Below, one piece after another: positions 19,068 to 33,600 of a stretch of DNA of 64,000 nucleotides. Origin of the DNA: an uncultured Alphaproteobacteria bacterium. Lineage in GTDB: Bacteria > Pseudomonadota > Alphaproteobacteria > UBA3830 > CAYLKK01. Within the stretch, counting starts at the first letter, position 1; each line of letters starts with the position of its first letter. A program made the translations under genes and the position numbers. The notes under the pieces are model-generated. The model saw only the letters and a program-made list of their open reading frames with translations, ran no database searches and was not told the DNA's origin. Where the stretch lies: NCBI GenBank assembly GCA_964412505.1, contig CAYPOM010000007.1, positions 7,376 to 71,375 on the forward strand, given 5' to 3'.

Positions 19068-19820
19068 TTACAGTTTTCTTAATGATATTTTTTTATTCAT
19101 TAAACTGTCACTCTTTAGTTTCCACTCATTTTTCGGAAACAGCCTGTTTATTTCTGAATGCACACTATCTGCTATATCGCACAGACCTATTTCTAGATAA
19201 CATTCTATTAAACGAAATAATGCTTCTGGCGCCTGATTTGTGTATATATAATTCTGTACAACGGACATATACCGACCAGATGCTGCGATCGGATTTCTAT
19301 TTTTCTGATAAAATTTCGCTACATTCATTTCATGAGCTGCTAATGAGTTATCAAGTTGCAAAATTACATCTTCTGCATTTTTAGCGTAAATAGACCCATT
19401 AAATGTGTTAATTATATCTACAAATGCAGCTTTTGCTTTTAGAGTTTTTTCTTGACTTCGACCAACAGAAGACACTTGTTTCAACAAGCAAACAGCGCGC
19501 AAAAACTTTGCATAAGGTGTATATTCGTTATTCCCTTTAAACATAATAAAAACGTCTAAATCCCTAACACACTTCTGTACCTCTTCGTTACTCCCGACTT
19601 TATAGTTTGCATACGCAGACAAAAGTTGAGCCTGAGACGATAAAGATGAATATGGAAAATACGTATAAATCTTTCTGAATTCTTTTGCTGCATCACTATA
19701 GTTTTTGGCTGCCATTTCTTTAAAACCAACAGTGAAAACTTCAGTTATACTTTTCGGTTCTTTGTCTTTAGAAGAACAAGCGCACAATACACATAAGACA
19801 AAAACACTTAAAATTCTCAA
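19068..19820 (-). CDS. bamD: outer membrane protein assembly factor BamD
   Basis: Lipobox LCAC; TPR-like helices; FPYS, LAAHEMNVAKFY, APEALFRL. Confidence 0.88.
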   Translation of the reverse strand: MRILSVFVLCVLCACSSKDKEPKSITEVFTVGFKEMAAKNYSDAAKEFRKIYTYFPYSSLSSQAQLLSAYANYKVGSNEEVQKCVRDLDVFIMFKGNNEYTPYAKFLRAVCLLKQVSSVGRSQEKTLKAKAAFVDIINTFNGSIYAKNAEDVILQLDNSLAAHEMNVAKFYQKNRNPIAASGRYMSVVQNYIYTNQAPEALFRLIECYLEIGLCDIADSVHSEINRLFPKNEWKLKSDSLMNKKISLRKL

Positions 19821-19852
19821 ATCGACACCTTATTAAGCACAATCACTTCAGA

Positions 19853-19881
19853 ATTATACATAATAGAGAAAACCATTTCAA
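19853..19881 (-). promoter_or_regulatory. sigma70 promoter of bamD-mur operon
   Basis: Minus strand TTGAAA-17 nt-TATAAT. Confidence 0.55.
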
Positions 19882-20000
19882 ACAATTAGAGATTGCGCAT
19901 TATTTATAATGTGCCTCAGAAAACCAAGGTTTATATTTCGCCGTTACGCGTCAATACCAAAAAGTCCGCAAATTAAAAATAGAACACGAATTACTTACAC

Positions 20001-20029
20001 AAAAAACGTCTTCGCATTGCGAAATGCGT
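20001..20029 (-). terminator. putative intrinsic terminator after rpoD
   Basis: Minus strand CGCATT-TCGC-AATGCG hairpin followed shortly by T6. Confidence 0.4.
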
Positions 20030-20062
20030 AATTGAAGCTATACAAATAATTTCCAAATACTA

Positions 20063-21976
20063 CTATCCAAGGAATGTCTTTAATTTTTTAGATCTAGTCG
20101 GATGTTTTAGTTTTCTAATAGCCTTTGCTTCAATTTGTCTAATTCTTTCTCTAGTCACTGCAAATTGTTGCCCTACTTCTTCAAGCGTATGATCGGAGCT
20201 CATCCCTATTCCAAAGCGCATTCTTAAAACTCTTTCCTCTCTAGGAGTTAAACTGGCTAAAACAGAGTTTGTAGCTTCTTTTAAGCTTGCATTTAATGCT
20301 GCGTCTACAGGTAATTCTGCCCCTTTATCTTCAAGGAAATCTCCTAGATGTGTATCTTCTTCATCTCCAACTGGGGTTTCTAAACTAATTGGCTCTTTTG
20401 ATATTTTTAACACTTTTCTTACTTTATCAACAGAAAAATGTAATTTTTCTGCTATTTGCTCAGGAGTAGGCTCTCTACCTGTCTCATTAAATATTGATCT
20501 AGAAACTTTGACAATCTTGTTGATAGTCTCGATCATGTGAACAGGTATTCTTATAGTTCTGGCTTGATCTGCAATAGCTCTTGTTATTGCTTGACGAATC
20601 CACCAAGTCGCATATGTAGAAAACTTGTATCCACGGCGATATTCGAACTTATCTACAGCTTTCATTAAGCCAATATTTCCTTCCTGTATTAAGTCAAGAA
20701 ATTGCAAACCTCGATTTGTGTATTTCTTGGCTATAGAAATAACAAGCCTCAAGTTAGCTTCAACCATCTGAGTTTTGGCCTTGTTTGCGTCTCTATCGCC
20801 CTTCTGGATGCCATTGACTATTTTTCTAAACTCAGATATCGATAAACCGAATTCATCTTCCATGCTTTTTATAAATGCAAAATGTTCCTCCAAAGTATCA
20901 TTTTGCTCGTTGAAAAATTTTTTCCAACTTGCATTGTAGTTTGTATTAGATATAAATTTTTCGCTATTCTCATGCCCATAGTATGCCTTTAAAAACTCAA
21001 CTCTATCTATCCCACAACTTTGAGCTTTTTTTAGTAAACTTACCTCATTCTTTAAAAGTTCCTTATTTGCCGCATACAAATCATCACACAGTATGCTTAT
21101 CGCAGTTTGCGAAAGTTTTAAGGAATCTAACGCCGTTAAAATATCATTCTTTGCTGCAATTTTTTCTTTTGTGCCTTTTCTTTTTAATACTTCATCCTTC
21201 AGAGAAATTACTTTACACAAGTTTTCAAGGACCTGAGGTTTAAGTGATTCATTCTCATCAAATTCAGACGCCCCATCATCAGAGTCATTGTCATTTTTAT
21301 TTGTTTCGTTGTTATTTTCTGTTTTTTTCTCAACGATAAAGTCACTTTCGTCAGACAAATTATTTGCATCATCTGAGTCTTCAGAAATGTCAATATTTAA
21401 ATTGTCAATTTGAAAAAATTCACTTAATGATAACCTTCCTTCTTCTATTTCCTTAATCCACGACTCTATCGTTTGGTATGTCATTGGGTTTTCAATTAAT
21501 CCTTCAAGAACAATTCTTCTTCCGTGTTCTATTTGTTGTGCCAATTCTACTTCAGCTTCTCTTGATAGTAATTCTATATGTCCCATTTCACGTAAATACA
21601 TTCTAACTGGATCATCTACTTTTACGTGACTGTTTCTATCATCGACATGGAGTTTATCTTTTAGTGTAACTATACTGTCGTTTCTTTCTATAGAATCAAT
21701 CTTACCAATATTAGACTGCTCTATAAGTCTTACACCTATATCTGAAAAACGAGAGACAATATCATCAATCTGAGCTGGAGAAAATTCAGACTCTGGAATT
21801 ACATCATGAAGCTCTTCAAATGTCACATATCCACGTTCTCTCCCTAGTATTATAAGATTTTTAAAATCTTCCTCAGCTGTTACACAATCAAAAGAAATCA
21901 AGTTGTGAACACTTAATCCATCTTCTTCATCTTGAGAAATCATTCTGTCGTCAATTCTTTCAACTGCGTTACTCAT
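20063..21976 (-). CDS. rpoD: RNA polymerase sigma factor RpoD
   Basis: Region 1.1 (GYVTFEEL), [46 protein letters not shown]. Confidence 0.98.
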   Translation of the reverse strand: MSNAVERIDDRMISQDEEDGLSVHNLISFDCVTAEEDFKNLIILGRERGYVTFEELHDVIPESEFSPAQIDDIVSRFSDIGVRLIEQSNIGKIDSIERNDSIVTLKDKLHVDDRNSHVKVDDPVRMYLREMGHIELLSREAEVELAQQIEHGRRIVLEGLIENPMTYQTIESWIKEIEEGRLSLSEFFQIDNLNIDISEDSDDANNLSDESDFIVEKKTENNNETNKNDNDSDDGASEFDENESLKPQVLENLCKVISLKDEVLKRKGTKEKIAAKNDILTALDSLKLSQTAISILCDDLYAANKELLKNEVSLLKKAQSCGIDRVEFLKAYYGHENSEKFISNTNYNASWKKFFNEQNDTLEEHFAFIKSMEDEFGLSISEFRKIVNGIQKGDRDANKAKTQMVEANLRLVISIAKKYTNRGLQFLDLIQEGNIGLMKAVDKFEYRRGYKFSTYATWWIRQAITRAIADQARTIRIPVHMIETINKIVKVSRSIFNETGREPTPEQIAEKLHFSVDKVRKVLKISKEPISLETPVGDEEDTHLGDFLEDKGAELPVDAALNASLKEATNSVLASLTPREERVLRMRFGIGMSSDHTLEEVGQQFAVTRERIRQIEAKAIRKLKHPTRSKKLKTFLG

Positions 21977-21990
21977 ATTTATGTTGCTCC

Positions 21991-23709
21991 TTAATATTTT
22001 TTGTTTTTAAGATCTAAAGCTGTTTCCTTCAGGGCCTTAAATCTTATCCAAGCATCTTCAGAAAACGTTTTTTCAAAATTTTCGGAAGCGCTAGCTATTT
22101 CGTCTTTAAAATCTACACAAGTGAGGTATTCGTTATATGCATTTTTCCATTCTTGAAGTATTTCACTATCATCACAATTAGACATATTAAATAAAAAGCT
22201 ATTCTGTGATAATACAGCGAATGAATTATATAATTTTTCAATAATATCATCAATGCTATTCTTTTCAGAATATTCACGTAATATTATCTGTTTAATTGAT
22301 GAATATGTATTATTACTAAATTCAACAACAGAAAGCATTTCAATTACCTCACTTATTATATGTGGGTTTTTTATAATTAAGGCAAGTAAAATCTCTTGAT
22401 ATTTTTCTAGATTCGACAATACTCTACTTATTTTTGTTTTATTTTCTGACTTTTGTTTAGAAAATAGATATTCACTTCTTTTCGCATTAAACCACTTTTT
22501 GTATAAATATTTGATATTAGAATTTTCTATTGAATTTATAGCGTTGTCTATTGACTCTAAAACCACGCCTTTTTGTTCTGGGGTTTCAGATGGGTATAAC
22601 GCGAAACCAGCTGTCCATAGCCAATCATTTAATTTATATGAGCTATCCAATATATCCTGAACTCCTTTTGCTCCAGACTTTATAATAATAGAATCTGGGT
22701 CGTCTCCTCCTGGAATCACAGCGAAATTGAAAGATTTTCCTGGCGACAATTTAGGCATAATTCTTAACAGTAATCTATAAGCAGCTTTTATCCCTGCATT
22801 GTCCCCATCTAACAACACAATAGGATTGTTAGAAATTCTCCAACACAGATCGATTTGCTCTTCTCCTATAGCAGTTCCTAATGTAGCGATAGTCTTATCA
22901 AATCCAGCTCTATGCATTGCAATAGCATCTAAATACCCTTCAACGACTATAAGATCTTTGTACGTTCCATTTTTGGCTAAATCGTATGCATACAGATTTT
23001 CTTTTTTTTTAAAAATTTGAGTTTCCGGGGAATTTAAGTATTTAGGCATTTCTCCATTTATGCTCCTTCCGCCAAAACCTATACATTGTCCGTATTGGTT
23101 TTTGATAGGAAACATTAGTCGCCCATCAAATTTATTTTTAATTCTTGAGTTATAGCTTTCGCGAATAAACACGCCAGAATTTAATAAATCAAAATCAGAA
23201 AATCCAGCTTTACGTAGCAAAGAGCACATATCTACATTTTTATCAGCATAACCGATGTTGAATTTTCTAACATCCTCAGCTGTAATTCCACGCATAGCTA
23301 AATAATCGCTGACTGCCCTAGACTTTGTTTTTTGTAAGTTGATTGAAAACAATTCTTGAATTGCGTTCAGAACCGCAATCTGTCGTTTATTAGATATCAC
23401 TGCGGTCGTCTCTACCTTCTCAAGCTTTGGTATTTCTAAACCTGCATATGAAGCTATTTTTTCTACAGCTAAATTAAATGGCAGATTGTCGCTTTCCATT
23501 ACAAAGTTAAAAATATCGCCGTGTTTGCCGCATCCGAAACAGTAATAAAACCCCTTAGCTGGATCAACCTTAAAAGATCCAGTTTTCTCGTTGTGGAAAG
23601 GGCATACGCCAAAATAGTCACGCCCTTTCCTAGTAAGTTTTGTCTTTTTGGATACAAAATCTATTATAGAAACTCTAGATTTAAGAAGTTCTATAAATTC
23701 TTTATTCAT
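21991..23709 (-). CDS. dnaG: DNA primase
   Basis: [12 protein letters not shown] zinc finger, [23 protein letters not shown]. Confidence 0.97.
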   Translation of the reverse strand: MNKEFIELLKSRVSIIDFVSKKTKLTRKGRDYFGVCPFHNEKTGSFKVDPAKGFYYCFGCGKHGDIFNFVMESDNLPFNLAVEKIASYAGLEIPKLEKVETTAVISNKRQIAVLNAIQELFSINLQKTKSRAVSDYLAMRGITAEDVRKFNIGYADKNVDMCSLLRKAGFSDFDLLNSGVFIRESYNSRIKNKFDGRLMFPIKNQYGQCIGFGGRSINGEMPKYLNSPETQIFKKKENLYAYDLAKNGTYKDLIVVEGYLDAIAMHRAGFDKTIATLGTAIGEEQIDLCWRISNNPIVLLDGDNAGIKAAYRLLLRIMPKLSPGKSFNFAVIPGGDDPDSIIIKSGAKGVQDILDSSYKLNDWLWTAGFALYPSETPEQKGVVLESIDNAINSIENSNIKYLYKKWFNAKRSEYLFSKQKSENKTKISRVLSNLEKYQEILLALIIKNPHIISEVIEMLSVVEFSNNTYSSIKQIILREYSEKNSIDDIIEKLYNSFAVLSQNSFLFNMSNCDDSEILQEWKNAYNEYLTCVDFKDEIASASENFEKTFSEDAWIRFKALKETALDLKNKKY

Positions 23710-26392
23710 TTGTACAATCTAACACATCACAGGAATTAACCTCTGGCAATCTAGCTGCAGATACAACTTTTTCGCCTTTATCCAATCTGAATAGAATTAC
23801 ACCTTGCGTAGCTCTACCTGTTATTCGAATGTCATCTACAGAACATCTAATTAACTTGCCACTGTTTGTTACAAGCATTATTTCATCATTTTCCTTAACA
23901 GGAAATACAGAGACGACCTCGCCATTTTTACTACTCATTTCTATGTTTTTTACGCCTTGGACTCCTCTGGCTGTAGTTCTGTACTCATATACAGATGTGC
24001 GTTTCCCGTAACCTTTAGCTGTAACTGTAAGGAGTAGTTGATCGTCCAATTGCATTTCCTCAAAAAACTCTGGTTTCTCAATATTCGTTTGAATATTTAT
24101 ATCTAACTCATCCTTACTTCTGCGCGTTGAATTTAAGTAACGAATATATGCTTCACGCTCTTCCTGAGTTCGATTAGAGCCTCTCAAAACAGCCATAGAA
24201 ACTACCTCATCGTCGCCAACAAGTTTAATTGCGCGAACGCCAGTCGAATTCCTGCTAGCAAATACACGCAATTGCTCTAATGGGAATTTTACACACTTAC
24301 CCATTTTCGACGATATTAATATATCATTGTTATCGTTACACACATCGACAGAAATCAAGCGTTCACCATCATCGAGCTTCATTGCGATTTTTCCGTTAGC
24401 CCTGATATTTAAGAAATCGCTTAATTTATTTCTACGAATTGTTCCATGAGAAGTAGCGAAAACTATATCTAAGTCCTCCCATAAAGATGAATCTTCAGGC
24501 AGAGGCAAAACTGTCGCAATAGACTCTCCAGCGCCTAATGGAAGCAGATTTACCATAGCTTTCCCTTTAGATTGAGGAGTTGCTAAAGGCAACTTATAAA
24601 CCTTCATTTGATAAGCGATTCCACTTGTCGAGAAGAATAAAACTGGAGTATGAGTATTTGCAACAAACAAATCAGATACAAAATCCTCATCTTTTGTAGT
24701 CATGCCAGTTTTTCCTTTCCCACCTCTTTTTTGTGCTCTATAGCTAGTCAAAGGAACTCTCTTTATATACCCAGTATTACTGACAGTGATGACCATATCT
24801 TCTTTTTGAATCAAATCCTCTATGTCTATATCTGATCCAGCGTCGACTATTTCAGTCCTCCTTTCTGTGCCAAATTCACTCTTGACTGCCACTAATTCAT
24901 CTTTTACGATACCAAATATTCTTTCTTTCGATCCAAGAATAGACAAAAGATCCTTAATCTTATCTATTAAAGCTGAAATTTCATCAGCAATTTTATCTCT
25001 TTCTAAGCCAGTTAATCGCTGTAGTTTCAGGTCTAGTATAGCTTGAGCTTGAATTTCTGTTAGTCTACATTTCCCATTTTCAATAACGTTGCCTCCATCG
25101 TCAACCAAGCGTATCAACGATTCTACATTTTGAGCATCCCAGTACTTTTCCATAAGTTTGCGCTTAGCATCGCCTGCATCACTGCTTGTTTTGATCAGAT
25201 TAATAACCTCGTCGATGTTTGATATAGCTATAGCGAGACCTATCAAGATATGGGCCTGATTTCTTGCTTTTTTTAACTCAAATCTTGTCCTACGAACTAC
25301 GACTTCTTTTCTGAAAGTAACGAAATGACCAATAACTTCTTGCAACCCCATCAATTTAGGGCGACCATTGATAAGGGCTAGCATATTGACGCTAAACGAA
25401 GTCTGAACTTGCGTGTACTTATAGAGTTGGTTTAACACAACATCAGGGATCGCGTCTTTCTTCAATTCTACAACTATACGAATTCCTTCTCTGTTCGATT
25501 CATCTCTTAAATCAGAAATTCCTTCTATAATTTTTTCATTTACTATCTCTGCGATTCGTTCGATTAATTTTGATTTATTTACCTGATATGGAATTTCTGT
25601 TATAACTATCGCTTGGCGATCTTTACGAATTTCTTCAAAATGGCTCTTAGAACGAACTATTAAAGATCCGCGCCCTGTCCGATAAGCTGAAATTATCCCA
25701 GCTCTTCCTAAAATAGTTCCACCAGTCGGGAAATCTGGGCCTTTTATAATACCAATAAGTTCATCAATATCTATTTCTGGGTTATTTATGTAAGCGATAC
25801 AAGCGTCAATCGCGTCAGACAGATTATGAGGCGGAATGTTTGTAGCCATACCAACAGCTATGCCACCAGACCCATTTACGAGCAAGTTAGGAAACTTTGC
25901 AGGCAGCAGAGCTGGTTCTTGTAAAGACTCGTCGTAATTGGGCTGGAACTCAACAGTGTCTTTTTCTATATCATCTAACATGCCGCTCGCAAGTTTTGAA
26001 AGTCTCGCTTCTGTATAACGCATAGCTGCCGCAGAATCGCCATCTATAGACCCAAAGTTACCTTGTCCATCAACAAGCGTATCTCTCATAGAAAACCATT
26101 GAGCCATACGAACCATAGAATCATATATAGCAGAATCACCATGAGGATGGTATTTTCCCATTACGTCTCCAACTATACGAGCAGACTTTTTAAATGATTT
26201 ATTGTAATCGCAACCGACTTCTTTCATGCCGTATAAAATACGTCTATGCACTGGCTTTAAGCCATCTCTGACATCAGGTAATGCACGAGCAACAATTACG
26301 CTCATTGCGTAATCCAAGTAAGACTGCTTCAACTCTTCTTCAAGAGAAACAAATGGCTGGATATTACTGTTATCTTCTAAATCTATCGACAT
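23702..26392 (-). CDS. gyrA: DNA gyrase subunit A
   Basis: [22 protein letters not shown], GyrA-box QKRGGKG; start ATG 26392 or GTG 26404. Confidence 0.98.
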   Translation of the reverse strand: MSIDLEDNSNIQPFVSLEEELKQSYLDYAMSVIVARALPDVRDGLKPVHRRILYGMKEVGCDYNKSFKKSARIVGDVMGKYHPHGDSAIYDSMVRMAQWFSMRDTLVDGQGNFGSIDGDSAAAMRYTEARLSKLASGMLDDIEKDTVEFQPNYDESLQEPALLPAKFPNLLVNGSGGIAVGMATNIPPHNLSDAIDACIAYINNPEIDIDELIGIIKGPDFPTGGTILGRAGIISAYRTGRGSLIVRSKSHFEEIRKDRQAIVITEIPYQVNKSKLIERIAEIVNEKIIEGISDLRDESNREGIRIVVELKKDAIPDVVLNQLYKYTQVQTSFSVNMLALINGRPKLMGLQEVIGHFVTFRKEVVVRRTRFELKKARNQAHILIGLAIAISNIDEVINLIKTSSDAGDAKRKLMEKYWDAQNVESLIRLVDDGGNVIENGKCRLTEIQAQAILDLKLQRLTGLERDKIADEISALIDKIKDLLSILGSKERIFGIVKDELVAVKSEFGTERRTEIVDAGSDIDIEDLIQKEDMVITVSNTGYIKRVPLTSYRAQKRGGKGKTGMTTKDEDFVSDLFVANTHTPVLFFSTSGIAYQMKVYKLPLATPQSKGKAMVNLLPLGAGESIATVLPLPEDSSLWEDLDIVFATSHGTIRRNKLSDFLNIRANGKIAMKLDDGERLISVDVCNDNNDILISSKMGKCVKFPLEQLRVFASRNSTGVRAIKLVGDDEVVSMAVLRGSNRTQEEREAYIRYLNSTRRSKDELDINIQTNIEKPEFFEEMQLDDQLLLTVTAKGYGKRTSVYEYRTTARGVQGVKNIEMSSKNGEVVSVFPVKENDEIMLVTNSGKLIRCSVDDIRITGRATQGVILFRLDKGEKVVSAARLPEVNSCDVLDCTNE

Positions 26393-26445
26393 GAAAATCA
26401 CCAAAATCTACATAGCAAACTACGAACAATAATCAAATTGCAAAA

Positions 26446-26877
26446 CTAAAACGGTATATCATCGCTAATGTGTTCGTCTACATTAACACCAAAATTATCG
26501 TAAGAAACAGACGGGAAGTCACCCCTATCAGAGCTCATAACAACCAGTTCCCCAGAAACTCGTGTAACAACTACCTCTGTAATAAATCTCTCATTGTTGT
26601 CTTGGTCAACCCATTTTCTGCTTTGCAACTGCCCTTCAACGTATACCTTACAGCCTTTCCTGACGATCTTTTCGGCAATTTCTGCAAGACCTTGATTAAA
26701 AACAACGACTCTATGCCATTCTGTTTTATCCTTCTTTTCTCCCGTGTTTTTATCTTTCCAAGACTCTGTTGTCGCTACTGAAAAACTAACAACCTTTAAC
26801 CCGTCTTGAGAATGACGTACATAAGGATCTTTCCCAACATTCCCAACCAAAATTACTTTATTGATACAAAAAGCCAT
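26446..26877 (-). CDS. ssb: single-stranded DNA-binding protein
   Basis: INKVILVGNVGKDP, TEWHRV, VEGQL, C-terminal DDIPF; start ATG 26877 (the ORF-track extension to 27054 is probably spurious). Confidence 0.96.
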   Translation of the reverse strand: MAFCINKVILVGNVGKDPYVRHSQDGLKVVSFSVATTESWKDKNTGEKKDKTEWHRVVVFNQGLAEIAEKIVRKGCKVYVEGQLQSRKWVDQDNNERFITEVVVTRVSGELVVMSSDRGDFPSVSYDNFGVNVDEHISDDIPF

Positions 26878-27568
26878 ACTATACCATTTAATGCATATTC
26901 CAATGTTATCATAAAATTCTCTGAGAAAGTAATACTTTTTCCAACTTCTTTGTCGTTTATTCTCCATGGATTTACAATATTCAATGGAAGATTTTTTAAT
27001 TAATCGCATAATCTTCAGAAAACTAGAAATATGATTATTTTTGGAATTTTTCAATCTATCGAAAATATTCGAAAATTTTCTCTTGTATAATTTTACATTT
27101 TTTCGTGCATGAGTTTTTACTCAATTTTTTCTTGTATTAATATTAGTTAACTTGTTCATATTAACCCCAATATATTTATATTATTTTTTAAAACTAAATT
27201 TTTATCCAAAGACACGCTGATACAGAAATACCAAACGAATGACTTTAGTTTTTGAATTTACAATTATTATTTCGCGATTTTTGTTCGCTTAGATTACGAA
27301 TATGTTTGCAGGATACAACGGAACAAATGTCTTGTTAAGAGAATTTCGTAAACCATACCGATATAACAAGAGAATATATAATTTTATCCGAAAAGAAAAC
27401 TCTCATTTATCAAGATACATTAGTTCAGTCTCATTGATTTACAAAGTAAAACACACCAGAGAATCCCATAGCGCGTTTTGAGATTTAACTATTGTAGATT
27501 AGCTCCAGCGTTATTTTATTTAATTGTTTTTACTTACAAACACAAACCACTCTAGCACTACCAAAAAA

Positions 27569-27598
27569 TTGACGAATTTACCGTTCTTGAAGTATAAT
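27569..27598 (+). promoter_or_regulatory. sigma70 promoter of the giant HEXXH gene
   Basis: TTGACG-18 nt-TATAAT, about 25 nt before ATG 27624. Confidence 0.55.
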
Positions 27599-27623
27599 GT
27601 AGCCATATTTCGTGTTTTATATT

Positions 27624-30600
27624 ATGCGTATTTCATATTTATTGTCTTCATGTTCTATTTGCCTTTGTTTGCTTGTTTCTGAAGTTTATGGGCATACAGG
27701 GTTAAGAAAGAACGGCTTGACAACATATCATTCTAGGTTTAGAGATTCTTTGTTAGATGACCAAGATTGTGGATTTAGAGATTCATTGTTTGATGGCTAT
27801 GACAAGGCGAAATCAGAAAAGTACAAGAAAACGCTTTCTGGCTCGAAGCGGAGTACTATAGACAGCAATATCAAGCTAAAGGTAATGAAATGTTATGACG
27901 GGACCGAGCAACAGATACTTGAAGCTATGCAATACACAGATCGAGCTCTTGATGTGTGTACATGGAATAATTGGGATATATTTAATTTAATTAAAAATTA
28001 CCACGATGAGTTTAAACCTGAAGATAACGGAAAATTCAGTCTGAAGCAAATCAATACGATTGCATACGCATCTTTTGGATACTACGTGTATTCTAAATTA
28101 GATAAATTATGTATTCCAGGAAGGAACAATGAAGCTTTAGAAAAAGAAAAGAAGGAGATATTAGAGACATATTATAAGCAAGGGGAAATTGCAAAAGTAA
28201 TTGAAAGCCAATTTGCGACTGCTCTTAATGGGATGCCAGGATATATAAAGCCGCTATTTGGTAATATTATGAGCGGAAACAACCTTAATGCTCTTACAAA
28301 AGCTGCTCAAGGAGTTGAAAACTTTGTTCATCTTACGAGGGGTGTACATAGCATTATTGGAGAATTTGATTATCGGAACGAATTAGCAATAAATTCCAAA
28401 ATGCTCGATATCAAAAATCTTGCTGATTTGTTCGGTTTAAATAAAATAGCAAAGACTGGATATACAGATTCGCAAATCATAAATTTGTCTAACGCTAATT
28501 TAATGGAACAGCTACAAGCGACGTTACAAGATAATGTATATAACGCTATAAACAAGAATATATCTAATCTTGATGAGATTAAAGATAAAGATAAATTTGC
28601 AGAGGCTGTGTCTGATGTCATAGCAATTCCAGATAGTAAAAATACTGGATGGAACGATAAAAGTCAGCGGGATGAATTGAAAACTAGATTATTCGCTTTA
28701 TACAAAACAAAAACCGGTAAAGATTTATTAAAAAATATGCTTGCATTAGGTTGGCTTGCCAGGTTAATGGATGGACAGAAGATAAAACTTGTTAATAACG
28801 ACGTGGTTAAGCAAATGTCAGGTGATATTCCGCAAGTTGCTATGGCTGGGCTATCTAAATCTACGCTTGGGACAGTTAGCGGAGTAGCTCCTCAAAAAGG
28901 AGGCATGGTAGAAGATGTCACATTCTCTGTTGATTTAGACAAGAAGGGAATTAGTGCAATTACAAAAAGCGGTAAATACTTAGACAAAATTACATTTAAG
29001 CCGATTGTTTTGAGATACAAAGGTTCAAATGATGCAAACTTTGAAATGCCTGGATATGAAAAAGTGCCAAATCATATTATAGAGGTTTCTAAGTTGGAGA
29101 AAGGCAAACCTGATGCATTGCTACATGAGTTGAACCACTATTTTATTTCTATTGTTTTTCACAATATTGAAGAAAATGATCAAATAAATAGTACGGCATT
29201 AAAATATGATGAAGCATTTTCTCAGTATGCGTATTGGTATAATAATAATGAATACGTGAATGATGTGGCTACCAAAATTTACAATATAGTTCAAAAACAA
29301 ATACCAAATGGATCAAGTAAATTGTCGTCTGTAGAAGTGACTCCGTTAACAGACGAAGAGAAAAGAGCAGGTTTAGGTGTTCAATCACAAAAAGATGAGA
29401 AAAAAGATTTAGGACAGGCGCCAGGACAAGGAAAGAAGGTAACATTTGCTACTGCGATTGAAGATGTAAAAGATGATTGGCAGTTAGAGCGATTATTAAA
29501 GAAAAATGGACTGTTGTATAGAACAGATGTGCAGAATATATTGATGACCAAAAAAGCTTTAGATGACAAGAAAAAAGAATTGGAAGAGTTAAATGTTTAT
29601 TCTGATCAAGTTAGGAAAGATATTATTAATAGGCTGTATGCTGAGTATAAAACAGAAAATTATGAAAATCGTGTAGCGGATGAGATTCGCACAAATGTCG
29701 AGGATATATATAAAAAACAGAATCCGGACGATGAAGATTTAGTAAAAATGTGCGTTGTCATAAGGGTGTTCGATAGAAGATGCAATCCATTTTCAAACGC
29801 GAACGAAATGTTGACAATTATTGGAGCGACACCATACTGGTTTGGAGATAAGAAATTTTTGATAGTAAATCCAAATAGCGAACATGATTATTTTAGAGAG
29901 AAATTTAAAAACGAAAAACTTAGGTTTAAACATTGTACAAATGAGTTGCTGTTTTCGTTGCTATATGGAGGTCCATCGAACACTAAAATAGATGAAGGGC
30001 CTGCTCAATTTGTGAAGCTTGGCGTACCAAATGATATAGCTCAAGCAATAAGTGATTACTTTAAAAACAATATAGAATCAACGCCAGCTGAAACCAACCA
30101 AAATACATTCGTTAGCAGAACGGAAATCGGTTCGGTTTCGTCATTCCCATCTGACCTTCCATATGCATGGACTAGCGCGTCATATTTTTACGGAGGACAT
30201 GTTGGGTCAATTATTAGCAAGGCTGAAAATATAATGGATAAATATGATCCGGACAACCAAGCTGAAGCTGATATTGGTGTATTTTTGATACAAAATTTAG
30301 AACAGAATAGTATATATACGCAGAAACTCGTAGCGAAGATGATTGATGAACTGCATAAAAATTTAAAGAATGATGTTTCTATTAATGGTGATGATCAAAA
30401 AAAATATAATACGTTGAGGTCAGTTGTAAAGCACGCAAATGACGGAAGCGCTATAAAAAGTGCACAGGAAGAATTAAATAAATTCTTAGAGAAATACGAA
30501 ACCAAAAAAGATGCTATAAAAGATTTAAGAAAATATCTGATATTTGATCGCCTGTATGAATGGCTAGTAGCATACTCATTTGACTTTATAAAAAACGAGA

Positions 30601-33600
30601 CAATTATCGATGTTTTAGGCAAGCAAAGAGATATCCCATTTTTCGGCTTTGATATGGGAATGGCGTTATGGAATATGAAAGATGGATATGATGGGAATTA
30701 TATCAGGTGGTTTATTAATAGTGTATTTGAGAAAGTCAAGTGGACAGGTGTGTTTGCCGAAAAATATGGCAAGAAAGCGGCAGATTTGTACAAAATAGAG
30801 GATAAAGAAAAAATTGAATTCCAAGATTTATTTAAGTTATGTAATGTTTTATGTGGCGCCTATAAATTCCCATCGAAAATAAGAAATAATATGGAAGTTT
30901 TGGCCGCATTAACATGGGCTTCAATATGTCCAGATCATTTCCACGAAAGAGATGGGCTTGAGTACGTGCTGAAATTGTACAAAGAAGACAGAGATAAAGG
31001 TGTATCTCCGGAGAATTGTCGAGGTTTAAATCCAGATATGTTCGTTGCTGTTTGTTCAGCATTTCCAAGACTGTCATCAAATTTAGAAGTTTCGTTGAAT
31101 AGCATCTATAATGCATACAATAGCAATGAAAACCAGCAAAAATATTTCCAAGACATTTCTGCAGAGCGCAATGATGTAATGAGATATGCAAAAAATAAAT
31201 CAGCCGCTGCATTAATCCATAAGTGTTTGTGGGATACCTGCTCAATAAGTGTTGTCGATTCTAATTACTATGCTGGCCTACTCTTAGCTGATGCTTATGT
31301 CAGTAATATATATTCAAATGCATTAAATCAAACAGAAAAGGATATATTGAAGTCTTATATTAACAATGACAAAGATGGCGATGTTTTTGAGAAGGAAGTA
31401 TGGGATGATATTTTATTGTATTTGTATATTTTTTCTAAAGATAAAAAAGAGGAATATTTCGGAAAGGTTAAAAGAGATTGGTGTAATAGTAAAGAGTTAT
31501 ATGATTATCTCAGCAAATTTAATGAGAAAAACGTAGTTAAGCTAATTGCTGATATTTTAGCAAAGAATGAAAGAATTAATATCAATGGGTATTTTATTGT
31601 TAACTTTTTCTATAATATGTTAAATCAAACTTTGTATCATAAGGACAAAAGTGGAACTAATACTCTTTGGGATAGTGTACTTAACCATCTGGAAGCAGCA
31701 AAGTTATCAGATGTTATAAAATTATGCCGTAACAGTGCCATATATAGCCACAGCCATTTGATGTTTGGTTTGTATTGTTTTTATAAAGGTACAAAAGCAG
31801 ATAATCTGTTTGTCAAATGGTTCAAAGGAGAAAATGTAACAATAGATGGAATAGAATACACCGAAAATGATGTGTATTTGCGTTCTGAAAGTTATCTTAA
31901 TAATTCAGTCAAAAGCTCTATTCCTGCCGATCTTCCATACACATGTATGTTGCTTAATGATTACGATTATGCAAGTGACTCTAACTTTAAAACGCATTTG
32001 GCTAGAGTCGGGAAATTACTAGGTAACGTGAAGGATTGGACCGATATTCAAGATTTCTCGGAAAAAGTTCAAAGTGGTTCTTTTACTGATCTTTTGAGAA
32101 AATATTGCATTTGGAACGCTGCTAACTCTACCAAGAATTTTAACGATATACAAACCGCTATGGATTCGCTGATTAACACAATAGATAATAAAGGTATCTG
32201 GCTGTTGCTAAATGTATTCGGAACACAATTTGAACTTCTCAGTACTTGCGTTTACAATTCAAATGATAAATTGCGCAATGTATTGTTATACAATCTGTGT
32301 AATGCTGCTATTAACAATCAACTACTCAATGTCTTGAATAACAAGCTACCAATCATAAAATCTGCTCCTCAAAAGTGCAGGACCTTAAATCACCCATTAA
32401 AAGAATTAATTTTAAAAGATTTATCATTTGAGTCTGTTGTAAATTTGTTCTGCGCTGGGATACGGTGGGATTATCATAATTATGAGTATTTCTATTACCA
32501 CGACAGTGTTAGCAAAGATCACAATTATCAATCAGATGGTCGTAATGATGACAAGGGCGCATTTAGAGAAAGTTTGCTTAAATTGGTAGGATATGTGGAA
32601 AACGGAACCGAAGATGATAAAAAAACTAAAAGACTAGCTGCAAGTAAGTTGTTCTGGTCCCCTCATTTTGAATATCAGGCATCTACCATTACAGCTGTAA
32701 TGACTTTGTGGGGAGCAAATTGTGAAGTAAAAACACAAGATGTCAAAGAAGTACTAAATAGAACAAAGAAACCAGAAGATTTAATAAAAGAAAGTAACGG
32801 TAATTTGTTTGCAAAAACCAGTGGAGGAAAATTGTCATTCCCACTATTTATCGACATGTTAGAACATAATAGTATTAATTTGCAAACAGATGGTGTTTCT
32901 AATGAAACGATTCAAACGATAGAAGAGTTTAAGCAATACAAAGACGATACGATTAAGGTGTCAACAGCGATAAAAGACCTTCCTGCTGAGCAAAAAGATA
33001 ACCTTGAGGGGGCTGTAATAAAAATAACGAATAAAGTTATAGATGAGAAGATAACTGAATTTATGCAGCTAAATAGACCAATAGCTGACGACTTGACTCA
33101 AAGTTTAAATGGACAAGGACAAACTAAGTACTATACAATGAATGCCGCTCTTCGTAATTTTATTTGCAATGATCAAACTGCGATTTTAAGTCTTTTGGAA
33201 TTGGGGACTAAAGAGAAAGTGAAGTTTGAGATGTTATTAAATAAGTATGTACAATTGTACTTAAATTCTCTAGGTAACGACGCGGTTATATCAGAAATCA
33301 GAAACAATTATAATTCAGGTGAGTTGTCAGAAAACCTTAAGAAGGACGTGCAAATTTTGCAGCAGAAAAGGATTGTTACGAATTATGTTGCAGCGAAAAC
33401 GGCTATATTTGGACAAGACGATGTTGAAATACTTCAAGATGAAGATGCATTTTTAAATAAGTTGAGAGATAAGATAAACTCGAAAGAAATTTCAATGGAA
33501 GACGAGCATTTAGAAACAGAAATTTACTGGGATGTTTCCGGCAATCGTATATCTATGGAGGCATTTAACAATTTGGGCGCTCGTAATATATTGTTATCAA

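Noticed and set aside
26878-27054. 59-aa N-terminal extension of SSB in the ORF track
   Set aside because: SSB homology begins at MAFCINKV (26877); the extension starts at a TTG and looks like AT-rich intergenic read-through
27055-27560. Long AT-rich intergenic region considered as a replication origin, LexA-regulated region or ncRNA
   Set aside because: No clustered DnaA boxes, no GTTC-N7-GTTC box and only weak inverted repeats were visible
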